A stretch of DNA of 64,000 nt, from positions 273,891-337,890 of the forward strand of contig JAPLZK010000004.1 in NCBI GenBank assembly GCA_026395055.1, read 5' to 3'. The stretch comes from Candidatus Uhrbacteria bacterium (lineage in GTDB: Bacteria > Patescibacteriota > Patescibacteriia > UBA9934 > GWF2-40-263). The notes under the pieces are model-generated. The model was not told the DNA's origin and searched no databases. It saw nothing but the letters and a program-made list of their open reading frames with translations. Below, piece after piece: positions 8,866-19,354 of this stretch. The translations under genes were made by a program, and so were the position numbers. Every line of letters begins with the position of its first letter. The stretch's first letter is position 1.

Positions 8866-10350
8866 ATGGAACGGTATCATTACGGACAATTGCGATTTTG
8901 GGAGATGCTCCCCGGCCTTGTGGTCTGGGGAACATTTATTTTGTCACTCACGCTTTCCTTTATTGAACCGCTTTGGGTGATTGTCTTTATTATCGTCTTT
9001 GATCTGCTTTGGTTGTATCGCATTATCTATTTCAATTTGTTTGTGGTGATTGCGTGGGCAACGTATCGCAAGACCATTAAAATCGATTGGAAACAAAAAC
9101 TTGTTGGGGTTTCCGATGCGGATTCAAAGATCCATCTCATTTTTCTTCCGACCTACAAAGAAGAATATGAAATTATTGAAACAACGCTTACATCGCTTCA
9201 ACACAATTCTTTTCCTTCCGATCGCATGATGATTGTGCTTGGTGGGGAAGAAGGAGATCGTGTGCACTTTGAGGGAGTTGCGGCGCGCGCACAAGAAAAA
9301 TTTGGATCCGTTTTTAAAAAGTTGATCATCACGCTACATCCAAAAGGATTGCCAAATGAAATGTCTGGCAAAGGATCAAACTTGAATTGGATGGGGCATC
9401 GTGTAGAAGAAGTGCTTCAGGAAGAATTTCCCGCGTTGAAAGATGAAGACATGATTGTTTCTGCCTTTGACGTTGATACCATTGCACACGAGCACTATTT
9501 TTCGTACCTGACGTATTTGTATTGCACGGTAAAAGATCCAACACACAGCTCCTATCAACCAATCGCTCTGTTCTCGAATAACATTTGGACCGCGTCTGCT
9601 CCTGTGCGTATTGGAGCGTTCGGAACCACCTTCTGGTTGTTTGGAGAACTCGCACGCTCAGAGCGTTTGTGGACATTCTCTTCACATTCCATGTCCTGGA
9701 AGATGTTGCGCGATGTTCGATTTTGGCAAAAAGATATTGTGAGTGAAGATTCGCGTATCTTTATGCAAGCCTTTTTACATTATCATGGGGATTATCGCGT
9801 GACCCCTATGTTCCTTCCTGTGTCTATGGATGCTGTGACCGGAAAGACCTATGTTGAATCCCTGGTCGCGCTTTATAAACAAATGCGACGTTGGGCATGG
9901 GGTGTGGAACACTTGCCGTATTTGATTGATGGATTCAGACGCGATCCTTCTATTCCACGATTCAAAAAATTTCAATATATTTTCAATCATTTGGAAGGAA
10001 TGTTCACGTGGGCAACAGCACCGATCATTATGTTCTTGCTAGGTTGGCTTCCGCTTTGGGTTGCAAAAGGACAAACGAACGCCATCATTCAAGCGGCACC
10101 ATTCACGCTTGAACAATTGATGCGACTCGCCATGATTGGAATCGTGCTTTCTGCGAGCATGTCGCTTACCTTGTTACCACGAAGACCAGGAACGGTTCGA
10201 CCTTACGCATGGATTATTATGCTTTTACAATGGGCATTGCTGCCTATCACCTTTATTGTCTTTGGATCCTTACCAGCGGTGGACGCGCAAACACGTCTCA
10301 TGATTGGAAAGTATTTAGGATTTGAAGTGACAAAAAAACAACGAAAATAA
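8866..10350 (+). CDS. Membrane processive GT2-like glycosyltransferase
   Basis: PTYKE, GKGSN, FDVD, SED, QMRRWAWG. Confidence 0.85.
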   Translation: MERYHYGQLRFWEMLPGLVVWGTFILSLTLSFIEPLWVIVFIIVFDLLWLYRIIYFNLFVVIAWATYRKTIKIDWKQKLVGVSDADSKIHLIFLPTYKEEYEIIETTLTSLQHNSFPSDRMMIVLGGEEGDRVHFEGVAARAQEKFGSVFKKLIITLHPKGLPNEMSGKGSNLNWMGHRVEEVLQEEFPALKDEDMIVSAFDVDTIAHEHYFSYLTYLYCTVKDPTHSSYQPIALFSNNIWTASAPVRIGAFGTTFWLFGELARSERLWTFSSHSMSWKMLRDVRFWQKDIVSEDSRIFMQAFLHYHGDYRVTPMFLPVSMDAVTGKTYVESLVALYKQMRRWAWGVEHLPYLIDGFRRDPSIPRFKKFQYIFNHLEGMFTWATAPIIMFLLGWLPLWVAKGQTNAIIQAAPFTLEQLMRLAMIGIVLSASMSLTLLPRRPGTVRPYAWIIMLLQWALLPITFIVFGSLPAVDAQTRLMIGKYLGFEVTKKQRK

Positions 10351-10352
10351 GT

Positions 10353-11405
10353 ATGTACCCAAAGATCTCCATCAACATTGTCTCATGGAACTCCATGCAA
10401 TTCATTCCGGATTTGCTTGCGTCCATTGAAAAGCAAACCATGCAGGATTTTCAGGTTCTTATTGTTGATAATGGATCAAGTGACGGTATTGAATCTTTTT
10501 TGCAAGAAAAATATCCGCACGTACGCTTTATTCGTAATGCGCGTAATTTAGGTTTTTCTGGTGCGCACAACCAAGGGGTCCGTTATGCATTGGAGCACTG
10601 GGGAGACGCAGAGCTTGATGATAAATTTATTTTGATTACAAATCCAGATATTATTTTTACCCCCACGTATCTTGAGGAGTTGCTTCAAGCAACACAGGGA
10701 AAAGATGCGTACGGAGCGTTCGGTGGAAAATTGTTGCGCGCATACGGAGAAGGTCTCACAGACGAAGTGTTGCGTGAAACAGTCCGTTCGGATCGTTTGG
10801 ATTCAACCGGACTTCGGTTTCACAAAAATTATACGTTTACGGATCGTGGGGCAGGAGAATTAGACGAGGGACAGTATGACCAGGCAGAAGAAGTGTTTGG
10901 GTTGTCCGGCGCGCTTGTGTTGTATCGAGCACGCGCTCTTCAGTCTGTTCGCTATAACGATGAATTTTTTGATCACGATTTTTTTGCGTATAAAGAAGAT
11001 GTCGACATGGCGTTTCGTATGCAATATGCCGGATGGTCTGCTTGGTATGCGCCACGCGCCGTTGCGTATCATTATCGCGGCATGTACGGGCAAGAGAAGA
11101 TGGGCTTCTTTGCGCGCATCAAAAATCGTAAAAACAAATCGTTGCATCGCAGTTATTTTTCCACGCGTAACCACTGGCTCCTTTTACTAAAAGATCTCGA
11201 TGCTGTTTCTGCTCTCGTCCTTTTCCCACGACTCTTCCTTGCGGAAGTTGCGCGACTTGGTTACATTCTCACGCTCGAGATGAAAAATGTGAAAGCGATT
11301 TTCGACGCTCTAAAATTGGTTCCGCGCATTTGGACGAAGCGTCGTGTAACCATGCGCACAAAAGTTGTTCCCGGTCGGATGATTCGTAAAAAATTTGCGG
11401 AATAA
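10353..11405 (+). CDS. Glycosyltransferase family 2
   Basis: VDNGSSD, NLGFSGAHN, NPD, YKEDVD. Confidence 0.92.
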   Translation: MYPKISINIVSWNSMQFIPDLLASIEKQTMQDFQVLIVDNGSSDGIESFLQEKYPHVRFIRNARNLGFSGAHNQGVRYALEHWGDAELDDKFILITNPDIIFTPTYLEELLQATQGKDAYGAFGGKLLRAYGEGLTDEVLRETVRSDRLDSTGLRFHKNYTFTDRGAGELDEGQYDQAEEVFGLSGALVLYRARALQSVRYNDEFFDHDFFAYKEDVDMAFRMQYAGWSAWYAPRAVAYHYRGMYGQEKMGFFARIKNRKNKSLHRSYFSTRNHWLLLLKDLDAVSALVLFPRLFLAEVARLGYILTLEMKNVKAIFDALKLVPRIWTKRRVTMRTKVVPGRMIRKKFAE

Positions 11406-11410
11406 TTTGT

Positions 11411-12223
11411 ATGAAAAAAGATGTCTCCATTCTCATCGTGCACTACAATACGCCAAAGTTGTTGCGCCAGACACTCAAAGGAATTTTCGCGATGAAGTCC
11501 GCAGCTTCATTTGAAGTGATTGTTGTTGATAATAATCCAAACATCCGAGTGGATGAAATGATTCGTAGTGAATTTCCAGAGGTGAAGTTGCTTCTGTCTG
11601 ATCACAACATCGGATTCGGAAATGGGATGAATCTTGCGATGGTGAATGCCGTTGGTCGCTATTTGTTTATTTTCAATCCAGATATTGCCATTAATGATCA
11701 CGCGCTTGATGATCTCATCAAATACATGGACGCGCATACAGATGTTGGAATGGTGTCTCCTCGTTTATCGAATCCAGATGGAAGTTTGCAGTCGAGTTGT
11801 TATCGATTCATGGGGCCGGAGATTATTTTATATCGACGTCTCCCAATTCTTGCGAAATTACCGTTCGCAAAGAAAGCGGTTGATCATTATCTCATGAAAG
11901 ATTGGGATCATGCAGAAACACGTGATGTGGATTACGTTTTGGGTGCGGCCATGTTTGTGCGTCGTGAGGCGTATGAAGTGGTTGGTGGGTTTGATCCGAA
12001 TTATTTTATTTATTTTGAAGATCAAGACTGGTGCCGACGTTTCTGGAAAGCGGGATTTCGCGTTGTATACCATCCAGAAGCAAACTTTGTGCATTATCAC
12101 CGTCGCGAAACCGCAGAAGGCGGATTTCTGGGTCAAATCTTGAACCCGCTTACACGCAAACAAATGAAAAGTGCGATATACTACTACCGTAAATATCGTG
12201 GAGAAAAACATCCACGCGTGTAA
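11411..12223 (+). CDS. Glycosyltransferase family 2 (WbbL-like)
   Basis: VVDN, NIGFG, FNPD, GAAM, YFEDQDWC. Confidence 0.92.
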   Translation: MKKDVSILIVHYNTPKLLRQTLKGIFAMKSAASFEVIVVDNNPNIRVDEMIRSEFPEVKLLLSDHNIGFGNGMNLAMVNAVGRYLFIFNPDIAINDHALDDLIKYMDAHTDVGMVSPRLSNPDGSLQSSCYRFMGPEIILYRRLPILAKLPFAKKAVDHYLMKDWDHAETRDVDYVLGAAMFVRREAYEVVGGFDPNYFIYFEDQDWCRRFWKAGFRVVYHPEANFVHYHRRETAEGGFLGQILNPLTRKQMKSAIYYYRKYRGEKHPRV

Positions 12224-12227
12224 TGTC

Positions 12228-14273
12228 ATGACTCATACTCCTTCGTTCCTCGAACATGCTTCGGGCACGTCTCATAAAGCGCATCGCAGAAATTTGCTTC
12301 CGCGAAAAATTTTGTTTTGGTCGTTGATTGTGTTCATTGTGTACGTGTGTGTTCTTGCGTTTGCCGCCGTTGAAGTTTATACACACACAAATGATGCGGT
12401 TGCTGCGTTGAAGCAGGCAAAAGCAGAAGGAACCGCGTTGCATTTTGAAAGTGCACAACAATCGTTGTCGGACGCACAAGCCGCGTTTACACAAGCAAAG
12501 CGTTTTTCTCCCATCTTAAAAACGGCCGTCATTATTCCGTTCGTTGGATCTTCCGTCGCACAGTCAGATGCGTTGATTACCGCAGGACAGGATGTTGTTT
12601 CGTCTTTGCAATCTGTTTCAGATATTGGACAAAGTGTTTTGCAATTATCTGGATTGAATGAAAAATATTTTCAAGAGGTCAAAAGCGGAACACGTCCACG
12701 CGTTTCTTTTTCCGATTTATCGCCTCAAACAAAACAATTAGTGCTTGCAAGACTTTCTGCGTCTTCCAATCAATTCTCTGTGTTGTCGAGTCGTCTTCAG
12801 CTTGTGCAAGACGAGCTTGGAGATCTTTCCAATAAAACATCCATTGGAGCATTTGCGAGCATGATCACGTCCGCACAAGAAGATCTTTCACAAACACAAA
12901 ATACCTTACAACGCGTCAGTTTGTTTACAGATCTTGTTCCGGCCTTTTCAGGAGTTGGAAAAACCGCACATCATCTTATTTTATTTTTAAATAATACAGA
13001 GTTGCGTCCCGCAGGAGGGTTTGTAGGAAATTATGGAATTGCAACCGTTACAAATGGTTCTGTGGATTCCGTAAAGACATCGGACGTTTACGCCCTTGAT
13101 CGTTTGGCAGAAGCACAAAAAAGTACGCCACTCACTCCAAAAGAAGCAGCTCCGTTTGCGCTTCAGCAATATAACGCAACACCGGATTGGTATTTCCGAG
13201 ATGCAAACTGGTCCCCAGATTTTTCTGTGAGCGCACAGAAACTTATTTCAAAATACACAGAAGAAACGGCTGTCATGCCGGTTGCCTTACGCGCAACCAT
13301 TCCTTACGCAGATTCAATTGATGGAGTGATTGCGTTTACTCCAACGTTTGCGGCGCGCATATTGAATCTTGTGGGTCCTGTCACAGTTGGTGGACAGACG
13401 TTTACCGCAGAAAATATTGCCGACAAACTTGAATATCAGGTTGAGTACGCGTATGCCAAACAAGGGATTCCAGAAGCACAACGCAAAGAGGTGATTGGAC
13501 AGCTCATGGATGCCGTTGTGAAAAAAATGACAGACATGCCACTTGCAGATTGGATGAGTGTGCTTACGCTCATGAATGATGCGTTCGCAACAAAACAGCT
13601 TTTTGTGTACCACACAAAACCGGATGTTGAAAAAGTCCTTGTGCATGCAGGATGGTCTGGAAACATTGTTGCACCACCCGCTGTATCAGATGTTCAGTTG
13701 GTTGTAGACGCAAACCTTGCAAGTTTAAAATCCGATCCTGTTGTGGAGAGGACGATTCACTACGAAATCACAAAAGATGCAAACGGAAATCGTATTGGAA
13801 GAACATCCATCACCTATCATCACACCGGAACATTTGATTGGAAGACAACGCGCTACAGAACGTATACGCGATTGTACGTTCCTCTTGGTTCTGAGTTGAT
13901 TCGTGTGACCGGAGCGCTTAAAAATGATCGCACACAAAACCCAATGGGGGCAGCAGGTGCGCCAGATATTTCTTCTGAGCTTGGGATGACCGTGTTTGGG
14001 GCGTTTATTGCGATTGAACCTGGAGCAACAGGAACGCTTACCTTTGAGTACAAACTAGCAGACACAGTACGCGCGGCAATTGCAAGCGGAACATACACAC
14101 TCCACGCGCTTAAACAAGATGGTGCAGGAAATCATGCGTTGACGCTCGACCTTGATTTTGGTAAGAATGTGCTGCATGCCGTGCCCGCAGAGGATGCAAA
14201 AGAATGGGGAGATGCACACTATAAAGCAAAAACGATTTTGGATCAGGATAAAGTATTTCAGATTGGACTGTAA
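12228..14273 (+). CDS. DUF4012 domain membrane-anchored protein
   Basis: TM helix, coiled coil, FLNNTELRPAGGFVG, RDANWSPDF, IDGVI. Confidence 0.85.
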   Translation: MTHTPSFLEHASGTSHKAHRRNLLPRKILFWSLIVFIVYVCVLAFAAVEVYTHTNDAVAALKQAKAEGTALHFESAQQSLSDAQAAFTQAKRFSPILKTAVIIPFVGSSVAQSDALITAGQDVVSSLQSVSDIGQSVLQLSGLNEKYFQEVKSGTRPRVSFSDLSPQTKQLVLARLSASSNQFSVLSSRLQLVQDELGDLSNKTSIGAFASMITSAQEDLSQTQNTLQRVSLFTDLVPAFSGVGKTAHHLILFLNNTELRPAGGFVGNYGIATVTNGSVDSVKTSDVYALDRLAEAQKSTPLTPKEAAPFALQQYNATPDWYFRDANWSPDFSVSAQKLISKYTEETAVMPVALRATIPYADSIDGVIAFTPTFAARILNLVGPVTVGGQTFTAENIADKLEYQVEYAYAKQGIPEAQRKEVIGQLMDAVVKKMTDMPLADWMSVLTLMNDAFATKQLFVYHTKPDVEKVLVHAGWSGNIVAPPAVSDVQLVVDANLASLKSDPVVERTIHYEITKDANGNRIGRTSITYHHTGTFDWKTTRYRTYTRLYVPLGSELIRVTGALKNDRTQNPMGAAGAPDISSELGMTVFGAFIAIEPGATGTLTFEYKLADTVRAAIASGTYTLHALKQDGAGNHALTLDLDFGKNVLHAVPAEDAKEWGDAHYKAKTILDQDKVFQIGL

Positions 14274-14287
14274 TAGATTGTTTCCGT

Positions 14288-15292
14288 ATGTTCGCAAAAA
14301 AAATCGGTATCGACCTTGGAACAACCACTGTTCTCGTTTATGTCCCTAAGCGCGGAATTATTATTCACGAACCTTCTGTCGTGGCGGTTTCGTATACAGA
14401 CAAAAAAGTGTTGGCCGTGGGAAAAGAAGCAAAAGACATGTTGGGCCGAACGCCAGATACGATTGTTGCGCGTCGACCATTGAAAGATGGTGTGATTGCG
14501 GATTATAGAACAACAGAAGCCATGCTTCGTTATTTTATTAATAAAGCCCTCGGAGGATTTCGATTGTTTCGCCCAGAAGTGATGGTTGCGGTTCCAGGCG
14601 GAATCACTTCCACGGAACGACGTGCAGTTATTGATGCAACACTCGCGGCGGGAGCAAAAGCTGCCTATATTATTAAAGAACCGATCGTAGCAGCTATTGG
14701 GGCAAATATTCCGATTGGAAGTCCAAGTGGTCACATGATTATTGATATTGGGGGAGGAACGTCTGAGATGGCCGTCATTTCTCTTGGGGGAATTGTGGCA
14801 TCTGAATCTGTTCGCATTGGTGGCGTGAAGTTCGATTTGGCGATTTCAGAATATATCCGTCGCAAATACGGACTCGCGATTGGAGAACGAACATCAGAAG
14901 ATATTAAAATTCAAATTGGCGCGGCCATGTATCTTCCCGACAAACTTACGATGGAAGTGAAAGGACGCGACATGATTACCGGACTTCCAAAGTTGATCGA
15001 AGTCACATCTGACGACGTGACGGCAGCCATTCAAAATGAACTAGAGGGAATTATTGCAACCGTAAAAGAAGTGTTGCACAAAACGCCACCAGAACTTTCG
15101 GCCGACGTCATGGACAGAGGAATCGTTCTCTCTGGCGGATCCTCACAATTACGAAGTCTCGACACATTGATTGCGGAGGCAACAGGTGTTCCAACATTTC
15201 TTGCAGAAGACCCGCAACAGTGTGTGGCAAAGGGAACCGGAATCGCGCTTGAAAACTTAGAAGCTTATAAGAGAAGTATTTTTACGAGCTAA
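14288..15292 (+). CDS. mreB: Rod shape-determining protein MreB/Mbl
   Basis: IGIDLGT, EPSVVA, RPLKDGVIAD, DIGGGT. Confidence 0.96.
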   Translation: MFAKKIGIDLGTTTVLVYVPKRGIIIHEPSVVAVSYTDKKVLAVGKEAKDMLGRTPDTIVARRPLKDGVIADYRTTEAMLRYFINKALGGFRLFRPEVMVAVPGGITSTERRAVIDATLAAGAKAAYIIKEPIVAAIGANIPIGSPSGHMIIDIGGGTSEMAVISLGGIVASESVRIGGVKFDLAISEYIRRKYGLAIGERTSEDIKIQIGAAMYLPDKLTMEVKGRDMITGLPKLIEVTSDDVTAAIQNELEGIIATVKEVLHKTPPELSADVMDRGIVLSGGSSQLRSLDTLIAEATGVPTFLAEDPQQCVAKGTGIALENLEAYKRSIFTS

Positions 15293-15295
15293 AAT

Positions 15296-16510
15296 ATGGA
15301 GGTCAATTTGCTTAACAACTCTGCAAAATCGGTCGTCTATGCGATTGATGCCTGGTCCGCGAATCAAAAAAAGAAGACCGGTGTGGAGATGTATGCGTTT
15401 CAATTGATTCAGGCAATGAAAAAACACGCGCTCGCAGAAAACGAGCGTGTGGTTTTGTATTCGCCAACGAAGCTTGAGGGGGCGCTTGCAGAATTACCGA
15501 ACGGATGGGAAGAAAAGATTGTTGCATGGCCAACGAAATCAAGTTGGTTTCCTGTTGGGTGGATGCAAGCCCGCATGAGCTTCGAGCTGTTTCAACATCC
15601 ACCATCCGTTTTATTCGTTCCGTCCCAAGGACTTCCTCGACAATTTCCGGGAGTGTCTTATCCGATTCTCACAACAGTGCACGATCTTGGATTTTTGCGT
15701 GCGCCGAATTTATATGACTCCGCATCACGGAAACGTTTGTCGAAATTGACGAAGCGCTCCGTAAAAAATGCGTCTCACCTCATAACCGTGTCCGAATTCT
15801 CGAAGTCCGAGATTGTTTCGCTTTACTCGCAGTCCCTCCCCCCTGCCAAGGGGGGAGTTGGAGGGGGGTCTCGGATCTCGACCACATATCTTGCGGCAGA
15901 TACATCCATCTACAAACGGTTATCTCGAGAAGAGATTGAACCTGTTTTGCAACGTCATCGCATCGGGAAACATTTTTTTCTGTATGTGGGGAGACTCGAT
16001 CAAAAGAAAAATGTGGAAACCCTTATTCGTGCGTTTGACCAGTTCAAACTTGATCGCGGTGTTGGAGATCCGTACGAGCTTGTCCTTGTTGGTGAGCCTG
16101 GATTTGGTTTTGCAAGCATGAAGAATTGGATCGACCACTCAACGGCGAAAGATCAAATTCACACGCTCGGATATCTTGAAGACGCAGACGTGGCAGCACT
16201 CATGAACGCCGCAACCGCATTTGTTTTTCCATCGTGGTACGAAGGATTTGGAATTCCCAATGTAGAAGCGATGTCTTCGGGAACTCCACTTCTTGTTTCT
16301 GATATTCCTGTTCATCGAGAAATCTTAGGTGATGCTGCAATGTTTGTTACGCCTTCTGAACCTGAGCCTTGGGTGCATGCCATGAAACAACTTGCCGAAG
16401 ATGCGTTGCTTCGTGAGCAGTTGATCACCAAAGGGTCTATTCGATCGAATCTGTTTGACTGGAATAAAACCGCGATGCAGACATGGGAAGTTTTGCGCAG
16501 TCTGATATAA
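15296..16510 (+). CDS. Glycosyltransferase family 4 (GT-B) with an in-frame palindrome insertion
   Basis: TVHDL, YVGR...KKN, FPSWYEGFGIP..EAM. Confidence 0.92.
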   Translation: MEVNLLNNSAKSVVYAIDAWSANQKKKTGVEMYAFQLIQAMKKHALAENERVVLYSPTKLEGALAELPNGWEEKIVAWPTKSSWFPVGWMQARMSFELFQHPPSVLFVPSQGLPRQFPGVSYPILTTVHDLGFLRAPNLYDSASRKRLSKLTKRSVKNASHLITVSEFSKSEIVSLYSQSLPPAKGGVGGGSRISTTYLAADTSIYKRLSREEIEPVLQRHRIGKHFFLYVGRLDQKKNVETLIRAFDQFKLDRGVGDPYELVLVGEPGFGFASMKNWIDHSTAKDQIHTLGYLEDADVAALMNAATAFVFPSWYEGFGIPNVEAMSSGTPLLVSDIPVHREILGDAAMFVTPSEPEPWVHAMKQLAEDALLREQLITKGSIRSNLFDWNKTAMQTWEVLRSLI

Positions 16511-16519
16511 TCGAACAAT

Positions 16520-17290
16520 ATGGATCAACTCCTCACAGAATTAAAACATCTTGGTCTCTCCGAAAAAGAGGCGCAGGTTTATCTTTCCTCTCTTGAACTT
16601 GGACCCGCACCGGTTCAAGATATTTCGCATAAGGCAAAAGTGAATCGTGCCACAACATACGTGATGATCGAAGCGCTTTCTTCTCGTGGACTCATGTCTA
16701 CGTTTGTGAAAGGGAAGAAACGTTATTATGTTCCGGAGAGTCCAGATCGATTGCTTTCGATCTTGCGGATCCAACAAAAAGAGTTGGAAGAAAAACAAAA
16801 TGAATTTCAAAAGACCTTGCCAATGTTGCTTGCTCTCTTTAATGCGGAAGGGGCAAAGCCACAGATTCGGTATCTGGAAGGGCTTGAGGGTTTGAAGACG
16901 CTTCGTGAAACATTTGAAAAAATGGAAGGAGAGTTTGTACAGATTGTTCCGTACGACGATGTGTTGGTTGCACAAGAAATTTTGCAAGATTTAGAACGTC
17001 ATGCGAGTGAACTGCATGCCGCAAAGACGCCGCACCGTGTGCTCGCTGTCATGTCGAATCCAGAGAACGCGTCAAAAATTCCTCATGTTGGCGACGGGGA
17101 AGTTCGTGTTGTTTCATCAAAAGATTTTCCCATGCACGGAGAAATTACGGTTCGCGGAAATCATGTCTTTTTGTTTTCGTATAAATCCGCCATGCTCGCC
17201 GTTGTCATCATCAGCAAAGAAATTGCAGATGCCATGCGCGGGTTGTTTAATCTGGCTTGGAAAGGTGCGGAAGAATATTCTCCAAAATAA
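16520..17290 (+). CDS. TrmB-family transcriptional regulator
   Basis: LGLSEKEAQVY...VNRATTY..IEAL...GL; PQIRYLEG.EG. Confidence 0.88.
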   Translation: MDQLLTELKHLGLSEKEAQVYLSSLELGPAPVQDISHKAKVNRATTYVMIEALSSRGLMSTFVKGKKRYYVPESPDRLLSILRIQQKELEEKQNEFQKTLPMLLALFNAEGAKPQIRYLEGLEGLKTLRETFEKMEGEFVQIVPYDDVLVAQEILQDLERHASELHAAKTPHRVLAVMSNPENASKIPHVGDGEVRVVSSKDFPMHGEITVRGNHVFLFSYKSAMLAVVIISKEIADAMRGLFNLAWKGAEEYSPK

Positions 17291-17431
17291 AAAAAGAGAT
17301 CATCAAGGTTTGATGATCGCGTAGGACAGGAAGAGGCTGCTCACCAAAAGAGGGAGCGGATGAGTGAGACATTCAAAGAGCTGTCGGGGAGTGAGATAAG
17401 GAGTTCGACGGGCGTGTCCAGGGAAAAGAAG

Positions 17432-17563
17432 TCAGCTACCAGTGCCGCAGTGCATGTGGGGCCGTAAGGATATTGGGTCCGCAAGGAGCGGGTTCCTTGC
17501 GTCGGCATACATGCGTAGGGCACACTTTGTAGCTTCGTTCAGTTCGCGCTCAATCATGGTCAT
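17432..17563 (-). CDS. Small orphan protein, 43 aa (MTMIERELNEATKCALRMYADARNPLLADPISLRPHMHCGTGS)
   Basis: GGAG SD upstream, own promoter (17694-17722) and terminator (17291-17318); below the ORF-track cutoff. Confidence 0.5.
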   Translation of the reverse strand: MTMIERELNEATKCALRMYADARNPLLADPISLRPHMHCGTGS

Positions 17564-17693
17564 GACACGGTCTCCAGGAGGGGAGCAGTCATGGACGGAT
17601 TTTGGATACGGGTTACGGAACTCATACTGACCTCATTCGACAAGACCCTGTGTCTCATCTATCGCCTCTTCCTCTCGTTTGGAAGAGAAGATA

Positions 17694-17722
17694 AATCTAT
17701 CATGTTTTCTTGAAAATGTCAA
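17694..17722 (-). promoter_or_regulatory. sigma70-like promoter
   Basis: TTGACA-17 nt-TAGATT on the minus strand. Confidence 0.65.
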
Positions 17723-17924
17723 TGTGGGGCGGCAGACCCCATGTGACCACCCCCTAACCCCCTCCTTGTGAAGGAGGGGGGAAATAGAAACAAAAAATAC
17801 CCTTATGGGTATTTTTTCTCGTTTTGAGGGAGAGATGGTCTTGCGACCTATTCACATCACGAGAGAACATGAGGTGGATAGGTCGAGAGATTGTTTTTAG
17901 GTACGATGATTCTAGACTATTGCC

Positions 17925-17958
17925 TGTCATTGCGAGAAGTTCGACGACGCGGCAATCT
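17925..17958 (+). repeat. Solo copy of the GIY-YIG-associated palindrome
   Basis: TGTCATTGCGAGAAGTTCGACGACGCGGCAATCT, reverse complement of 867-900 with few mismatches. Confidence 0.8.
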
Positions 17959-17971
17959 TTTTGTCCAAGAA

Positions 17972-18007
17972 TTCAGATGTCACAAGTTGAAACTTATGAT
18001 CTCTGAA
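17972..18007 (-). other. Conserved 3' stem-loop, copy 1
   Basis: Minus strand UUCAGA-GA-UCAUAAGU-uuca-ACUUGUGA-CA-UCUGAA. Confidence 0.75.
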
Positions 18008-19180
18008 AGCTGCGCGACGGGACTGTGGGGAAAGAGGGATAGCTAATCCGTTTCCACACAGCCCGCCACGCGAGGTTCAACAAGCTTATCGCAGACCGCG
18101 CCAAATTGGCGTTGCATAGTGCGTCCTAAGGATCCGGTATCCTCGGGATGTCGTTGATTCAGCAAGAGGGTCCCTTTCGAGGTTACCCACAGAATTTTTG
18201 AGCGCGTGTCGCTCTAGACGATGTTGTTGACCATCGTCATCTCTGTTTTCAGTAGTGCTCCGAAATTGCTCTAGGAGCGCGCATACAAACGATTTTCACT
18301 TCTCGTTCGTGTACGTTCAGCTACGATAACCGGTCTTCGTACTGCGCGAAGACGGATCTCCTTGGATGTCTTTCGACATGCTTACACCAACAGCTGAACG
18401 TTGGTGCTGCTCAGGGAAAAGAAGGGGTACATGGATCTCCTTGTTCCAGGCGGTGTTGCGTGCCCATGATCCCAATCGACGGGGTGAGCAGCGGGTTGTG
18501 GCGAAAGCGCATGAGTGACCGATGCCCGGACCCGCGGCTGCCTTGGTGGCTGCGGCGGTAACAGTGGGCGATCGCGTCGCGAGTTTCCGTACAAGAATGC
18601 GCATCTTGCAGGCCAACACCGTGTTGCATAAGACTTTGGGTTTGGGGCGTGTAACCTATCTATCAAATGCCCCGTACAAGGTTCTTGTTGGAAGAACCAG
18701 GAATCCCTTCACTTCACGCCGACCGCCTTATGCGGAAACCTTCAATCGGCGTTGCCTATTCACAATTTCAGATGCATGGATCCTCCTTGATCCTTCGTCA
18801 TGCCCGCTTCCAGTCGATGGAGAGCGAACGGGTTGCGCCAAAAGCACACTCAAATGCGACCGGTGCCAACATGGCCGACCGAGCCGCGGACCGCCAGGCG
18901 TGTGCCAAACCTGGGGTAAACATGTCCGACCATTGGCCGAACCGAGGTTACAACGCGCGGGTGCGTTGCAAGCTCGGAAAGCCGGACGATGTTTCGTGGA
19001 GAGACCACTAACATCGTCCAAGTTTTCCAATTCGCTAGACTTGAGATCTTCACCGGCTAATGGAGAGCCAGGGTCTCTTTTGCTTCATGCTTCGATCGCC
19101 TAATCATCGAGCATTGCTTTCCTGACGGATGTCGCTTATCTCACGGGTGACTCCTTAAGGGGTCGTTGTGGGTTGGGGCG
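17972..19180 (-). ncRNA. Putative large structured non-coding RNA or extended 3' RNA domain (~1.2 kb), family unrecognised
   Basis: More than a dozen hand-identified stems, minus-strand GAAA loops, no SD-led or protein-like ORF; ends in the conserved 3' stem-loop. Confidence 0.6.
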
Positions 19181-19186
19181 AGAGGC

Positions 19187-19321
19187 CTAGTTGCCGAAGA
19201 GGCTCGCGACGATGCCGAAGAGGCAAACGGCGCCAAACAACTTCCAGCACCAGGACGCGAGAAACGGGTTACCAGCGTGGCGCGGATCGATTCCGGCCTC
19301 GATGCATTCTTCACGGTTCAT
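19187..19321 (-). CDS. Small membrane protein, 44 aa (MNREECIEAGIDPRHAGNPFLASWCWKLFGAVCLFGIVASLFGN)
   Basis: GGAGG SD, GC3-rich codons, hydrophobic C-terminus. Confidence 0.7.
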   Translation of the reverse strand: MNREECIEAGIDPRHAGNPFLASWCWKLFGAVCLFGIVASLFGN

Positions 19322-19354
19322 GATCATCCTCCGGATCGTCGCGCTGCGAGCGAT

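Noticed and set aside
18317-19103. ORFs of 60-193 aa overlapping the structured region
   Set aside because: No SD, no codon bias, R/P/C-rich and mutually overlapping, so probably chance frames in GC-rich sequence.
17905-19180. Group I or group II intron as the identity of the large structured region
   Set aside because: The minus strand has UCAGAGAUCA and AAUAGUC, reminiscent of group I R/S elements, but P7 does not pair. I found no group II domain V with an AGC triad and AC bulge, and no interrupted host gene or RT.
17972-19180. tmRNA, RNase P RNA, SRP RNA or rRNA
   Set aside because: No tRNA-like ends, no GAGGAAAGUCC, no SRP domain IV loop and no rRNA signature seen on either strand.
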